The notes: generated by a model from the sequence alone, not told the origin. Positions 17,566 through 27,556 are shown, numbered from the stretch's first letter. The stretch is DNA of 64,000 bases from Patescibacteria group bacterium (GCA_018830295.1 JAHJSM010000001.1:321980-385979); one strand, 5' to 3'. Numbers and translations are program-made.

Positions 17566-19483
17566 ATCTATATTCTACCAATTCTTCCGGAATGTTGGAA
17601 ATAAATCGCGAGGGCGGGTTCGCCATCGTTTGTCCATAGAGGCATCGGCGCGCGGCGAAGGTTAGATACGCCTTTTGTTTGGCTCGGGTAATTCCGACAT
17701 AGCAGAGCCGCCTTTCTTCTTCTATTTGTTCGGTCGCCAGCAAACTTCTTGAATGGGGAAAAATTCCTTCTTCGCAGCCGACAATAAAAACAACGGGAAA
17801 TTCCAATCCTTTAGCGCAATGGAGGGTCATTAAATTGATTATTCCCTTCTCTCGCGAGAGTTCATCCGCCCCAGTGAGCAAAATAATTTCTTCTAAAAAT
17901 TGTTCTAGTCCTTTTTCTTTTTCAAGCGAATCATATTTGCCAGCAATCGTAAGGAGTTCTTGAATATTTTCCCATCGTCTCTCCCCTTCTTCCGTTGTCG
18001 GCGAAATCTTTCTGACATAATTTTCGTATTCGGTCTTGTTAATAATTATTTTAATCAATTCTGTCAGCGGTTCTTTTTGGCTCGCGTCTTTGAGTTCGTT
18101 GATTAGTTGAGCGAAATTTTTAATTTTGGCGTTTTTGCTTTCAAAAACCATGCTCGCTCTATCGGAAATTTCCTTTTGGACGGTAATTTTGCCGATGCCT
18201 CGCGGCGGAGTATTGATAACTCTTTTCAATCCAGCCAAGTCATCTGGGTTGGAGATTATTTTCAAGTAAGCCAAAATGTCTTTAACCTCTTTTCTTTCGT
18301 AAAACCTGACAGAGCCAACAATTTTATAAGGTAAGCCCGCCTTAAGAAATGCCTCTTCAATCGCGCGTGATTGGGCGTTGGTTCTGTAAAGGACAGCAAA
18401 GTCGTTTAAATTAAGCCCTTCCGCGCTCATCAATCCCACTATTTCCTCAATTAAAAAATCGCCTTCTTCTGTTTCGTTATTTGTTTGAATGATATTAATG
18501 AGCGCGCCTTCTGGATTTCTGGTCCAAAGTTTTTTTTCTTTGCGTTGAGTGTTTTTGGCAATAATGTGATGGCTCGCTTCTAAAATATTTTTAGTTGAAC
18601 GATAATTTTCTTCAAGCAAGACCAATTTTGCTTCAGGATAATTCTTTTCAAAATTAAGAATATTTCTAAAATCAGCTCCGCGCCAACTATAAATACTTTG
18701 GTCAGTGTCGGCGATAAACCAAAGATTTTTGTGCTTTTCGGCAAGCATTTTTATGAGCGCGTATTGGCTAAAATTCGTGTCATGCGCCTCGTCAACCGAA
18801 AGATACTGCCATTTGTTTTGGTATTTTTCCAAAACCGATGGGTTTTCTCTCAAGAGTTTTTCGGTCAGCATAATTAAGTCGTCAAAATCAAGGGCGTTGG
18901 ATTTTTTGAGCGCCGCTTGATACGCTAAATATATTTTAGCGACGGTTTTTGGAAAATATTCTCGCGCTTGTTCCGCGTAAGAGTTGGCGTCTATTAATTC
19001 ATCTTTGGCGCGCGAAATCGCCGCTTGAACGGAGGCGGGTTTGAATTGGTCAGGGCTAATTTCCAAGTCCTTAATTGCTTTTTTAATTAAAGAAAGTTGA
19101 TCGGTCGTGTCATAAATAACAAAATTATTTTTGTATCCCTCTTTACCGTCAAGAGAAAGTTTGCCGATGTCTCGTCTCAAAATTCTTAAACAAATAGAAT
19201 GAAAAGTGCCGATAGTGGGTTCGGGGACAGTCCCCTTTCTTGGGGACTGTCCCCAGTCGTCAAGTAATTTCCTTACCCGATCCCTCATTTCTTCGGCGGC
19301 CTTGTTGGTAAAAGTAACGGCTAATATATTTTCTGGGTAAATTCCTTTTTGAATTAAATAAACAATGCGATGAGTCAGGCATCTTGTTTTACCCGAACCA
19401 GGACCCGCGATAACTAAAACCGGCCCCCTTGTCGCGGCGGCCGCCTCCCTCTGTTTTGGATTGAGAGATGATAAAATATCCAT
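17555..19483 (-). CDS. pcrA: ATP-dependent DNA helicase UvrD/PcrA family, carrying in-frame family B repeat
   Basis: VLVIAGPGSGKTRCLTHRI (Walker A, helicase motif I), TFHSICLRIL (motif Ia), DEAHD; start placed at internal Met (MDILSSLNPKQREA) to avoid overlap, ORF track allows 19555. Confidence 0.85.
   Translation of the reverse strand: MDILSSLNPKQREAAAATRGPVLVIAGPGSGKTRCLTHRIVYLIQKGIYPENILAVTFTNKAAEEMRDRVRKLLDDWGQSPRKGTVPEPTIGTFHSICLRILRRDIGKLSLDGKEGYKNNFVIYDTTDQLSLIKKAIKDLEISPDQFKPASVQAAISRAKDELIDANSYAEQAREYFPKTVAKIYLAYQAALKKSNALDFDDLIMLTEKLLRENPSVLEKYQNKWQYLSVDEAHDTNFSQYALIKMLAEKHKNLWFIADTDQSIYSWRGADFRNILNFEKNYPEAKLVLLEENYRSTKNILEASHHIIAKNTQRKEKKLWTRNPEGALINIIQTNNETEEGDFLIEEIVGLMSAEGLNLNDFAVLYRTNAQSRAIEEAFLKAGLPYKIVGSVRFYERKEVKDILAYLKIISNPDDLAGLKRVINTPPRGIGKITVQKEISDRASMVFESKNAKIKNFAQLINELKDASQKEPLTELIKIIINKTEYENYVRKISPTTEEGERRWENIQELLTIAGKYDSLEKEKGLEQFLEEIILLTGADELSREKGIINLMTLHCAKGLEFPVVFIVGCEEGIFPHSRSLLATEQIEEERRLCYVGITRAKQKAYLTFAARRCLYGQTMANPPSRFISNIPEELVEYRYEN
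19223..19254. repeat. Family B palindromic element inside uvrD/pcrA CDS (translated as …GQSPRKGTVPE…)
   Basis: GGGGACAGTCCCC-tttcttg-GGGGACTGTCCCC within helicase ORF, length keeps frame. Confidence 0.85.
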
Positions 19484-19490
19484 TGCTAAT

Positions 19491-20765
19491 TTACTCAACT
19501 TCCCGCCAATTCTCGGCGCGGCGGCTGCCTCCTGGTCCGCTGGTGAAATTAACATTTTCTAAGCCCGTTTCATAACTAATAACCGCGTTGTTATCTAAAG
19601 CAATCTGGTAGGCGGTCGCTTCTCTGATTAAAATATTGTTATGCAAATGGATTAGGCCTTGCGAAGCGTAGAAAATCGCTCCCTGGGCGTTATTACTCAC
19701 ATCAACGGCTGGACTAGCTATATCCAAAGAATTATTAGTAGAAAGAAGCATAATAAAGCTTCCTTCTTGTCCCGAGCCCTGTAAATTGGCGTTGTTTCCC
19801 ACAGTAATTCTGCCATCGCTAATAATTATTCCGCTCGTTGAGCCAAAACTATCGTCTAATTTAACTGTCGCTTTATTTCTGATAATAATATCTCCTTCCA
19901 CATAAATCAATCCCGTAATGTTCAAAATAGAACTGTTGTCAATAATCATATTACCCGTAATTTTAATCGGTCCTAAAGAATCCGCTCCTCCATCAAGAAG
20001 GTAATCGCCAGAAAATGTTTCGCTCTCCGCCCCGTCGTTTTTCCAATTGTCTATTTGCTCTTGAGAAATAGGTAGGTCTTTGGCTTCAATTTCATTAGGT
20101 CCCATATCTTCAGAACTTCCGTAATCGCAATTAACAATACTGCCGCCTGAAACATAGTGGAGAACGCCCGTAATGTCAGAGTCCTGACAGGAATGCGTAT
20201 AAAGATCACCTCCGACATTAACGCTGTCAATTTTGTTTCCATTAATGGCGATCGTGACTGTGTCGGTTATTTCGCTTACCCCTCCTCCGAGCGGGAGAAT
20301 ACTTCCATTAGAAAAAACGTTGCCTTCAACGCGGCTATTATTGCCCATAATCATTCCTCCTTCGCCGACTTGAGCGCCATAAAAGAAAGAAACATCATCG
20401 GTCGTCACAAGATAAGCAACGCTTAGTTTTCTAATTCGTCCGTCGGCGTTGCCTCGCGAAGTTATTGTTTGAGAGCCGCCGATTAAATCCGATATTTCAA
20501 CAACGGTTGAATTGTTTTCTACTGATAAACTATTTGGGCTGGGAAAAAGCATTCCTTCTTTGAGGCGCAGCAAACTATCTTCAAGGCCTGATTCGGCGGC
20601 GTAATAACTTTCAATTGATTTGATTTTATCCCGCGCGCTAATCAAACTATTAAACGCTGAAAAACTTAAGCCAGAACCAACAATTAAGCCGATTGATAAA
20701 ATCAGCATAATGCTTAACAACAAAGCCCCTCCTTTTTCTCGCGCGTTTATTTTTATTATTTTAGT
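19491..20765 (-). CDS. Large pilus-associated protein with N-terminal TM (PilX/PilY-like minor pilin or tip protein candidate)
   Basis: N-terminal hydrophobic segment ALLLSIMLILSIGLIVGSGLSF after a short charged region, then Gly/Asn/Ser-rich beta-rich domain; last gene of pilin operon; start chosen at internal Met to give ATGA overlap with upstream gene. Confidence 0.4.
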   Translation of the reverse strand, partial: TKIIKINAREKGGALLLSIMLILSIGLIVGSGLSFSAFNSLISARDKIKSIESYYAAESGLEDSLLRLKEGMLFPSPNSLSVENNSTVVEISDLIGGSQTITSRGNADGRIRKLSVAYLVTTDDVSFFYGAQVGEGGMIMGNNSRVEGNVFSNGSILPLGGGVSEITDTVTIAINGNKIDSVNVGGDLYTHSCQDSDITGVLHYVSGGSIVNCDYGSSEDMGPNEIEAKDLPISQEQIDNWKNDGAESETFSGDYLLDGGADSLGPIKITGNMIIDNSSILNITGLIYVEGDIIIRNKATVKLDDSFGSTSGIIISDGRITVGNNANLQGSGQEGSFIMLLSTNNSLDIASPAVDVSNNAQGAIFYASQGLIHLHNNILIREATAYQIALDNNAVISYETGLENVNFTSGPGGSRRAENWREVE

Positions 20766-21294
20766 CATTGCGTAAATTGGCTGAAGAAACCAATGTGGTT
20801 GTCGCTTGGTAAGCGATTTTTCCACTTGGGCTGTTATAGGCGGCTGATAGTTCGATTCTAATCGATTCGCCTCCGCTGGTTGTTAAACGGCTAAACGATA
20901 AATTATTTATTTTAATATTTTCCGCGGTGAGTGCTTCTGCTTCAACACCTTCTCTTTTTAAGCAAATCCGATTGTTTTCGTCTAAATAAAAATCAAGATA
21001 AGTTATTTCTTCGCCAAAAGGAGCGTTTTCAGTCGTTTTCAAAGAGAGTTGGCCTGGATGGCTGTCAAAAAAACTGGTTGATGAGTATACATCTTGAGCG
21101 CGTCTAATCTCCCAAAGCATTATTTCCATAGATCGTTGGCTATTTTCCAAAACTTCTCTGCTAATTCTAATTTTCGCTTGGACATTAATTAAATTAAAAA
21201 CAAATAAAGTCAGCAAACTAACCACAATACCTAAAACGGCCACATAAATAATCAGTTCAATTAAAGTAAATCCTTTTTTGTTGTTCATTTCCAA
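20761..21294 (-). CDS. Prepilin-type (type IV pilin/pseudopilin) protein
   Basis: N-terminal class III signal MEMNNKKGFTLIELIIYVAVLGIVV (G-F-T-L-I-E motif for PilD cleavage/N-methylation). Confidence 0.6.
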   Translation of the reverse strand: MEMNNKKGFTLIELIIYVAVLGIVVSLLTLFVFNLINVQAKIRISREVLENSQRSMEIMLWEIRRAQDVYSSTSFFDSHPGQLSLKTTENAPFGEEITYLDFYLDENNRICLKREGVEAEALTAENIKINNLSFSRLTTSGGESIRIELSAAYNSPSGKIAYQATTTLVSSANLRND

Positions 21295-21761
21295 TTGGTT
21301 AGATAAGTTGTTAGATTAATTTGTTCCGTTTTTTCTCGGTTATTCCACTCAACCGTAGCCGTTATTTTTTTAGTTAGAAAATCTTCCGCGCCTAAGGAAC
21401 CAATATTGTCATTCGCGTCTCTATAAACCCTTTCCAAAACAAACCAACGATCGTAAATTCCATTAATTGAACCAGGGTTAGTTGGGGTTAATGTCCATTT
21501 ATTTTCCGAAATAATCGGGTAATATCTTGTTTCAAAAGACAAATTGGCGAGATTGTCCCAATTTTCGTCTCGCGCGGCGCGAACAGCTTCTATTGTTTCA
21601 CTAGCTAAGCCGCTTGCTTCTATTTTCGCTTGACTCTCTTCTTGAATTTTTAGACCGAATTTGGCCAATTCCAAAAACCCCCAAAAAGCCGTAGTAATGA
21701 CAGCCAAACTAACAATCACTTCAATCATACCAATCCCTTTTTGTTGTTTGTAATTTTTCAT
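21285..21761 (-). CDS. Prepilin-type protein
   Basis: N-terminal KGIGMIEVIVSLAVITTAF (G-x-x-x-x-E prepilin motif). Confidence 0.55.
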   Translation of the reverse strand: MKNYKQQKGIGMIEVIVSLAVITTAFWGFLELAKFGLKIQEESQAKIEASGLASETIEAVRAARDENWDNLANLSFETRYYPIISENKWTLTPTNPGSINGIYDRWFVLERVYRDANDNIGSLGAEDFLTKKITATVEWNNREKTEQINLTTYLTNWK

Positions 21762-22636
21762 TGCGCTTTAATAGTTCCTCCGTAGACGCCGACAGAAATT
21801 TCTCCTTCGGCTGTATAGGAAATGATGTCTTTACCGTCCATGAGAACTTGCAAGGGCTTGTTATTTGTATCTTGAGCGCGGTGAACGCAGAGTGTCGTCT
21901 CAAACGCGTCTAAAAAATGCGTGTGAATGCGCAATTCTTGATTTTCTCCATTAACATCAATTGATCCCGACCAGTCAAATTCTGTCTGGTCTAAATTAAA
22001 ATAGTCAGCCATAGCGATATTAACTGTTTTTTCTGGTGTATCCGGGAAATACAACGACAAAACAGAGGCGCCCTGGATGCTCCAAATTAATTCTGAATGA
22101 ATGTGTCTAGTATCAGTTAATCTATTAGCGATACAGCAAGCGTCAAGAATTGTTCCTAATTCAACTTGTCCAGAAGGGTGAATATTGATGGTTTTATTTT
22201 CGTCTGGTTGGGAAATAATTCTTAATTCAACAACGCCGCCTTGTTGAGTGGTTCCGCTGATTCGTTGAAAGACAGTGCTGCTTGCCGCGCCAGTCAAATC
22301 AATATTATAGATTTCTAAACGAGATGGTAATTGATAGACCTTATTATCACCCGCTTCTTCTTGATAGACATCTCCTTTGAATAAAATATATTTATCCTGT
22401 TCAAAATGTATTCCATATTGAGAAGCGTCCTCCGAAGCCAAGGTCTTAGTTCTAGCAAGCTCAAGAATAGTTAAAATATTTTGGCTATGGTTTTGCAATT
22501 CTGTCTTTCTCTCAAAAAGACGAAACCCAACAACAGCCATGCCAATCAAAATCCCCGCAATCCCCAAAACAACCAAAACTTCAACCAGCGAAAAACCACT
22601 ATTATCTACAAAATAATTTTTATTTTTTTTAATCAT
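21758..22636 (-). CDS. Prepilin-type protein (larger, minor-pilin-like)
   Basis: N-terminal NSGFSLVEVLVVLGIAGILIGMAV (G-F-S-L-V-E). Confidence 0.55.
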   Translation of the reverse strand: MIKKNKNYFVDNSGFSLVEVLVVLGIAGILIGMAVVGFRLFERKTELQNHSQNILTILELARTKTLASEDASQYGIHFEQDKYILFKGDVYQEEAGDNKVYQLPSRLEIYNIDLTGAASSTVFQRISGTTQQGGVVELRIISQPDENKTINIHPSGQVELGTILDACCIANRLTDTRHIHSELIWSIQGASVLSLYFPDTPEKTVNIAMADYFNLDQTEFDWSGSIDVNGENQELRIHTHFLDAFETTLCVHRAQDTNNKPLQVLMDGKDIISYTAEGEISVGVYGGTIKAQ

Positions 22637-23856
22637 ACGCTTCCCATCATTGAGTACATCGGCTGGATCATCGAAACGGCGAAGAAACCGACAGCGGCTC
22701 CGACAACTAACATAATAATTGGCTCAATGATTGAGGAGAGATTTTTTGTAATATTATCTATTTCTTCCTCGTAAAAATCGGCTAAATTATTTAAAATACC
22801 CGCCAAATCGCCTGTTTTCTCGCCGACGCTAGTCATTTGGATAATCATTGGCGCGTAAAGGTTTGTATAGCATGACAGGGTTTCGCTTAATTCTTTCCCC
22901 TTTTTTACTTGTTGCGCGGAAGCGATGAGGGATTCTTTGAAGTATAAATTAGATAAAGTCCCAGCCGTTATTTCCAGCGATTTTACGATCGCCACTCCGC
23001 TTTCAACCAAAGAGCTGAAATTTCGAGCGAATCTGGCGGAATTAATTTTTCTGGAAAGGGAGCCGAAAATAGGCAGATGCAAGATAATATTGTGCAGAAA
23101 TTTTTTGACAGATTTAATTCTCATTGATAATCGCGCGAAAAAAATAAAAACAGATAAAAAAATAAAACTAAAAATAAGATTGTGCTGTAAAAAATTGCTC
23201 ACGCCGATAATGACTCGCGTGCTGAGCGGCAATTCTATTTTCATTTCAACGAAGACCTCCGTTAGTTTCGGAACCACCACAATCATCATAATAATTCCGA
23301 TGCCGATCATAGCTGCGATAATGACCGCGGGATAAATCATCGCTCCCCTAACCCTGCTAATTAAATCATGGTCTTTTTTCATCTGTTCAGCGAGGCTTCG
23401 AAGAATTTCATTGAGATTCCCGCTTGTCTCGCCGATTTTAACCATATTCACATACAAATCGTTAAAAACGCCAGAATGTTTCGCGAGCGATTCGCTAAAT
23501 GATTTTCCTTGCTGAATGTCTGTCGCGACTTGGTTGATGATTTTTTTAAATTTGGGGCTTTTTGTTTGTTGCGCCAAAACATCAAGCGCTTGGTTAAGAG
23601 AGAGACCGGCTTTAATCATAATCGCGAGATTTCGGCTGAACATCATTTTTTCAACTAACGAAATGTGCCCAAATTGTTCAACAAATTTTTTAAAATTAAA
23701 TCGGTCGGTCGTTTCTTCAATTTCGGCCAATTTAGCTGAAATCAAAACAAGCCCTTGTTTTCGCAAAAAGGCGGCTAATTCATAATCGTTCGCCGCTTCC
23801 GATTGACCCGCCTCGGTCTCACCCTCTTTGGTTTTAGCGGTGTAGATGTAAAGCAT
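22633..23856 (-). CDS. pilC: Type IV pilus assembly platform protein PilC (GspF family)
   Basis: 407 aa, two GspF-type repeats each followed by TM helices, N-terminal MLYIYTAKTKEGETEAGQ typical of PilC; adjacent to PilB. Confidence 0.8.
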   Translation of the reverse strand: MLYIYTAKTKEGETEAGQSEAANDYELAAFLRKQGLVLISAKLAEIEETTDRFNFKKFVEQFGHISLVEKMMFSRNLAIMIKAGLSLNQALDVLAQQTKSPKFKKIINQVATDIQQGKSFSESLAKHSGVFNDLYVNMVKIGETSGNLNEILRSLAEQMKKDHDLISRVRGAMIYPAVIIAAMIGIGIIMMIVVVPKLTEVFVEMKIELPLSTRVIIGVSNFLQHNLIFSFIFLSVFIFFARLSMRIKSVKKFLHNIILHLPIFGSLSRKINSARFARNFSSLVESGVAIVKSLEITAGTLSNLYFKESLIASAQQVKKGKELSETLSCYTNLYAPMIIQMTSVGEKTGDLAGILNNLADFYEEEIDNITKNLSSIIEPIIMLVVGAAVGFFAVSMIQPMYSMMGSV

Positions 23857-23860
23857 AATT

Positions 23861-25609
23861 CTATTCTTTCGTTACTCTTAGAATTTCCTCAATAGAAGTT
23901 AGACCCTGCGCTGCCTTAATCATTCCGTCTTCAAGCATCGTGAGCATTCCCTCTTTTTGGGCTTGTTCTTGAATATTATCCGCGTCGGCTTCTTTTACGA
24001 TTAAGTCCTTAATCGCTTCGCTCACTTCAAGAACTTCAAAAATACCGACTCTTCCTTTGTATCCCTCGTCGTTTTTTTCCGTCTTGCCTGGACGATAAAA
24101 TTCTATGTCCGTCCAGTCATAATTCGGCTTGATAATTTTTTCTTTTTTTAGAACCTTAAGAATTTTGCTCATATCAAATTCTTTTTCTAAACTTTTAATT
24201 TCATCTTGGCTTAGGGTGTATTTTTTCTTGGTTTCGGGAATAAGGCGGCGAACTAGCCGTTTGGCGATAATAATATTTGTCGTTGAAGCGATTAAAAACG
24301 GCTCGGCGCCCATATCAATCAGGCGCGGGAAAGAGCCGGCGGCGCTGTTGGTGTGCAGCGTGGAAAGAACTAAGTGGCCGGTCAAAGCGGCGTTAATCGC
24401 GAGACCTGCCGTTTCTTCGTCTCTAATTTCCCCGACTAAAATAATGTCTGGGTCCTGGCGAACTAAAGCGCGCAATCCATTGGCGAACGAAAGACCGATT
24501 TGGGGCATGACCTGCGTTTGGTTGATTCTTGGCATGCGATATTCAATTGGGTCTTCTACACTTGAGATATTAACGCCTGGTTCGTTAAGAATATCCATAA
24601 TTGTGTAAAGGGCGGTTGTCTTGCCGCAACCAGTTGGTCCGGTAACTAAAATTAATCCATTTGGTTTTTTAACGCTCTGGTGAACCTTTTCCAATGCTTC
24701 GCCTCTCAACCCTAATTTTTCCAAAGTCAGACCCTTGGCGTCTTCGGGCAACAACCGCAAGACAATTTTTTCGCCGTCATAAACGGGCAGAATTGAGACC
24801 CTAAAAGATATTTTGTAATCCTTGGTTTCAATTTTGAAGCGACCATCTTGAGGTAGGCGATGTTCGTCTAATTTTAGATTTGACAAAACTTTGATGCGGG
24901 CGACAACGCCAGAAGTAATGTTTTTAGGAAGAGTCATTGCGTCATGTAAGATGCCGTCAATTCGATAGCGGACAATAACTTCTTTTTCAAGTGGTTCTAT
25001 GTGAATATCCGAGGCCTGCTGTAAAATAGCATGCTTTAAAAGGGTCTCGACAATTTTAATAATCGGCATTTGTTCAGCTGCTTCCTTAAGGTCTTTGTGG
25101 CTTTCTTCTTTCCCTTTTTCAGGCAAGATGGCTATTTCGGCCTCTTTTTTAATTAAATCGCTAAACTCCGCTTTGAGCGTTTTTTGGTATTGCGCGAGAG
25201 CGTTCTTGATACTAATAGGATTAGTTAGCCGCGGTAGAATTTTAAGGTCGGATTTTTTCTTAATAAATTCAATTGTTTGAATATCCTCCGGATTTAGCAT
25301 CGCTACCTCCAATTCTCTGCCTTTCTTTCTAAAAGCGATAATGTTATGTCTCCGCGCAATAGGTTCGGGGATGATTTGAAGAATTTCATCAGGGATGGTC
25401 TCTTTTTCTAAATTGACGAAAGGAATTCCCAAAATGTACGCTTCTAATCTAATTAATTGTTCTTGGGTGATTAATTTTTCTTTAACCAAAAAATGGGCCA
25501 ATTGTTCTTTGGTTTCTTTTGCTTTTTTTTCGGCCTCCTTTAAATTTTCTTTAGCGATCAATCCTGCGTCAAGAATAAAGGCCTTTAATTGCGAATCTTC
25601 AACATGCAT
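23861..25609 (-). CDS. pilB: Type IV pilus assembly ATPase PilB (GspE family)
   Basis: N-terminal GSPII_E_N-like domain, Walker A LVTGPTGCGKTT, Asp box, His box …LSTLHTNSAAG; 582 aa. Confidence 0.85.
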   Translation of the reverse strand: MHVEDSQLKAFILDAGLIAKENLKEAEKKAKETKEQLAHFLVKEKLITQEQLIRLEAYILGIPFVNLEKETIPDEILQIIPEPIARRHNIIAFRKKGRELEVAMLNPEDIQTIEFIKKKSDLKILPRLTNPISIKNALAQYQKTLKAEFSDLIKKEAEIAILPEKGKEESHKDLKEAAEQMPIIKIVETLLKHAILQQASDIHIEPLEKEVIVRYRIDGILHDAMTLPKNITSGVVARIKVLSNLKLDEHRLPQDGRFKIETKDYKISFRVSILPVYDGEKIVLRLLPEDAKGLTLEKLGLRGEALEKVHQSVKKPNGLILVTGPTGCGKTTALYTIMDILNEPGVNISSVEDPIEYRMPRINQTQVMPQIGLSFANGLRALVRQDPDIILVGEIRDEETAGLAINAALTGHLVLSTLHTNSAAGSFPRLIDMGAEPFLIASTTNIIIAKRLVRRLIPETKKKYTLSQDEIKSLEKEFDMSKILKVLKKEKIIKPNYDWTDIEFYRPGKTEKNDEGYKGRVGIFEVLEVSEAIKDLIVKEADADNIQEQAQKEGMLTMLEDGMIKAAQGLTSIEEILRVTKE

Positions 25610-25626
25610 AAGTAAAATTAAAAATT

Positions 25627-25992
25627 TTACTTTAAAACTTCTTCTATTTTCTTAACAATCTCGCTTAGCTCATAGTTGGCCTTGACTAAGTAGGTTTTGG
25701 CTCCCAGCGAAATGGCTTTTTCAACATCCACACTTCCCTCTAAGTTAGTTAAAACGATAACAGGAATGTTTTTAGTCGCTTCGTCTCTTTGAAGTTCTTC
25801 AAGAACTTCAAAGCCATTCATTTTAGGCAGAATTAGATCAAGAAGAATTATATCTGGCTGAAATTTCTTGGCCATTTTAATACCCAGCTCGCCATCCATA
25901 GCGCCTTTTATTTCATAGCCGGAGTTTTCTAAAAACTTATCAACTGTCTTTTGCAAAGTTGGCTCATCCTCAATGAAAAGAATTTTTTTCAT
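25627..25992 (-). CDS. Single-domain response regulator (CheY/PilH-like receiver)
   Basis: 121 aa; KILFIEDEP…DIILLDLILPKMNGFEVLEEL…VIVLTNL…KANYELSEI receiver signature (phospho-Asp in LLDLIL). Confidence 0.8.
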   Translation of the reverse strand: MKKILFIEDEPTLQKTVDKFLENSGYEIKGAMDGELGIKMAKKFQPDIILLDLILPKMNGFEVLEELQRDEATKNIPVIVLTNLEGSVDVEKAISLGAKTYLVKANYELSEIVKKIEEVLK

Positions 25993-26062
25993 AAAATATA
26001 ATACTAATCTACAAATTTATTCGAATATTGCGAATAAATCATTCGCGCTATTCGCATTTCAT

Positions 26063-27049
26063 TCATAAATTCGCATTTTGTTTAATTTGTTTTTTGTTTA
26101 CAATTGGCAATTCAAACCAAAAAGTTGTTCCTTTATTTTCTTGACTCTTAAATCCCATTTTCCCCTTTGAGGCGTTAATGATGGATTTTGCGATAAAAAG
26201 GCCCAATCCCGTTCCCTGGGTTTGATACTTCATAACATTTTGGCTTCGGAAGAATTTTTGAAAAATTCTTTTTTGGTCATCTTTAGGAATTCCCACCCCT
26301 TGGTCTTGAATTTCGTATCTAATAAAATTTCCTTTTTCGGTTAGTCGGATTTTTACATCTCCTCCCCCTTTGGTGTATCTAATCGCGTTATCCATTAAAT
26401 TTCGTAAAACTAATTCTATCCCTTGGCGGTCGGTAAAAGCGGGCTTTAAATTTTTTTTAAATGTGAAAAACAATTTAACATTGTTGGCTTTTGAAAATTC
26501 TTTATATTCCTTAACTAAATCCTGAATAATTTTTTCTAAATGAACGGGTCCTGGCTCCATATTCAACCGTCCCTGTTCAACGCGAGAGATATTAAGGAGA
26601 TCGTTGACCAAGTTTATCATCCGCTGATTGTTTTCTTCAATCATTTCCAATTTTCTGTTTTGCTCGCCTGTCAAAGGAAATGTCGTCTCATTCTTCATTA
26701 AGTTAATTGTCCACTTAATGCCCGTCAATGGCGTTCTTAATTGATGTGAAGCGATGCTGACAAATTCTGTTTTTAATCGGTTGGCCTCAACCAATCTTTC
26801 AAATCCCTGAACAATCAAATAGTTGAAGATCATTAGGACGGCGGCCATGGCGAGAACAATCAAAGCGACAATCTCGGGGCTGGCATATTTGATCGCGACA
26901 ACATAAGTGCTAATTGTGACAATTAAAGTTACTATACCTGTTAGAAAAGTTAAAAAACTGGGACATTGCCAAATGCTTAAATTATATTTTTGACACTGTT
27001 TGGAGAAATTAAATTGCTCGCAAACATTTTTTAAAATTGTATTTTCCAT
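26063..27049 (-). CDS. Sensor histidine kinase (two TM, HisKA + HATPase_c)
   Basis: H-box FVSIASHQLRTPLTGIKW; N, G1 (IQDQGVGIP), G2 (GTGLGLFIAKSII) boxes. Confidence 0.8.
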   Translation of the reverse strand: MENTILKNVCEQFNFSKQCQKYNLSIWQCPSFLTFLTGIVTLIVTISTYVVAIKYASPEIVALIVLAMAAVLMIFNYLIVQGFERLVEANRLKTEFVSIASHQLRTPLTGIKWTINLMKNETTFPLTGEQNRKLEMIEENNQRMINLVNDLLNISRVEQGRLNMEPGPVHLEKIIQDLVKEYKEFSKANNVKLFFTFKKNLKPAFTDRQGIELVLRNLMDNAIRYTKGGGDVKIRLTEKGNFIRYEIQDQGVGIPKDDQKRIFQKFFRSQNVMKYQTQGTGLGLFIAKSIINASKGKMGFKSQENKGTTFWFELPIVNKKQIKQNANL

Positions 27050-27099
27050 TGCTTTAAATTATATCACAAATTTAAAAAACAATCTATCAACAGCAAAGA

Positions 27100-27332
27100 T
27101 AGGTCTCGATTTCGTAATTAAAGGTCAGACCTTTCAAAACTGAAAAGGTCTGACATCACGAGTAGCGACATTTCTTAAGGTCGCGCTCGAGAGGTCGGAC
27201 CTTTGGAACCCGACGAAAGACTTTCTTAACTGCGCAAAATCAAGGTCAGACCTTCTGAGCGAAACCTTAAGAAAGGTCTCTACTCCGAATGTCTGACCTT
27301 GTCGCAGGATAAAGGTCTGACCTTTAATTAAA
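27100..27332. repeat. Family C MITE-like composite element (terminal inverted repeats TTAAAGGTCAGACCTTT / AAAGGTCTGACCTTTAA with internal modules)
   Basis: Contains GGTC(A/T)GACC cores several times plus module GAGTAGCGACATTTCTTAAGGTCGCGCTCG shared with copies at 31861, 33707, 44858. Confidence 0.8.
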
Positions 27333-27370
27333 TTGACTTCTCTTGTGTATTTATCTACAATACCATCACA

Positions 27371-27446
27371 TCGGGGCGTGGCCTAGCGGCTTAGGGCGCG
27401 GCGCTTGGGTCGCCGAGATCGCAGGTTCAAATCCTGTCGCCCCGAC
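27371..27446 (+). tRNA. tRNA-Pro (anticodon TGG)
   Basis: Cloverleaf folded by eye: acceptor CGGGGCG/CGCCCCG, anticodon loop CTTGGGT, T-loop TTCAAAT. Confidence 0.8.
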
Positions 27447-27484
27447 TTGGTTTTAGCGGGCTTGCCCGCCGAAGCCTTGCGAAG

Positions 27485-27556
27485 GCGGGTATCGTATAGT
27501 GGCTATTACCACAGATTTCCAATCTGTTGACGCGGGTTCGATTCCCGCTACCCGCT
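27485..27556 (+). tRNA. tRNA-Gly (anticodon TCC)
   Basis: Acceptor GCGGGTA/TACCCGC, anticodon stem ACAGA/TCTGT with loop TTTCCAA, T-loop TTCGATT. Confidence 0.75.

Noticed and set aside
17225-17665. Plus-strand ORF starting MGAAPAAGAAP
   Set aside because: It begins inside the family A palindrome and is the mirror reading of the ksgA insertion. It is antisense to ksgA and the uvrD end.
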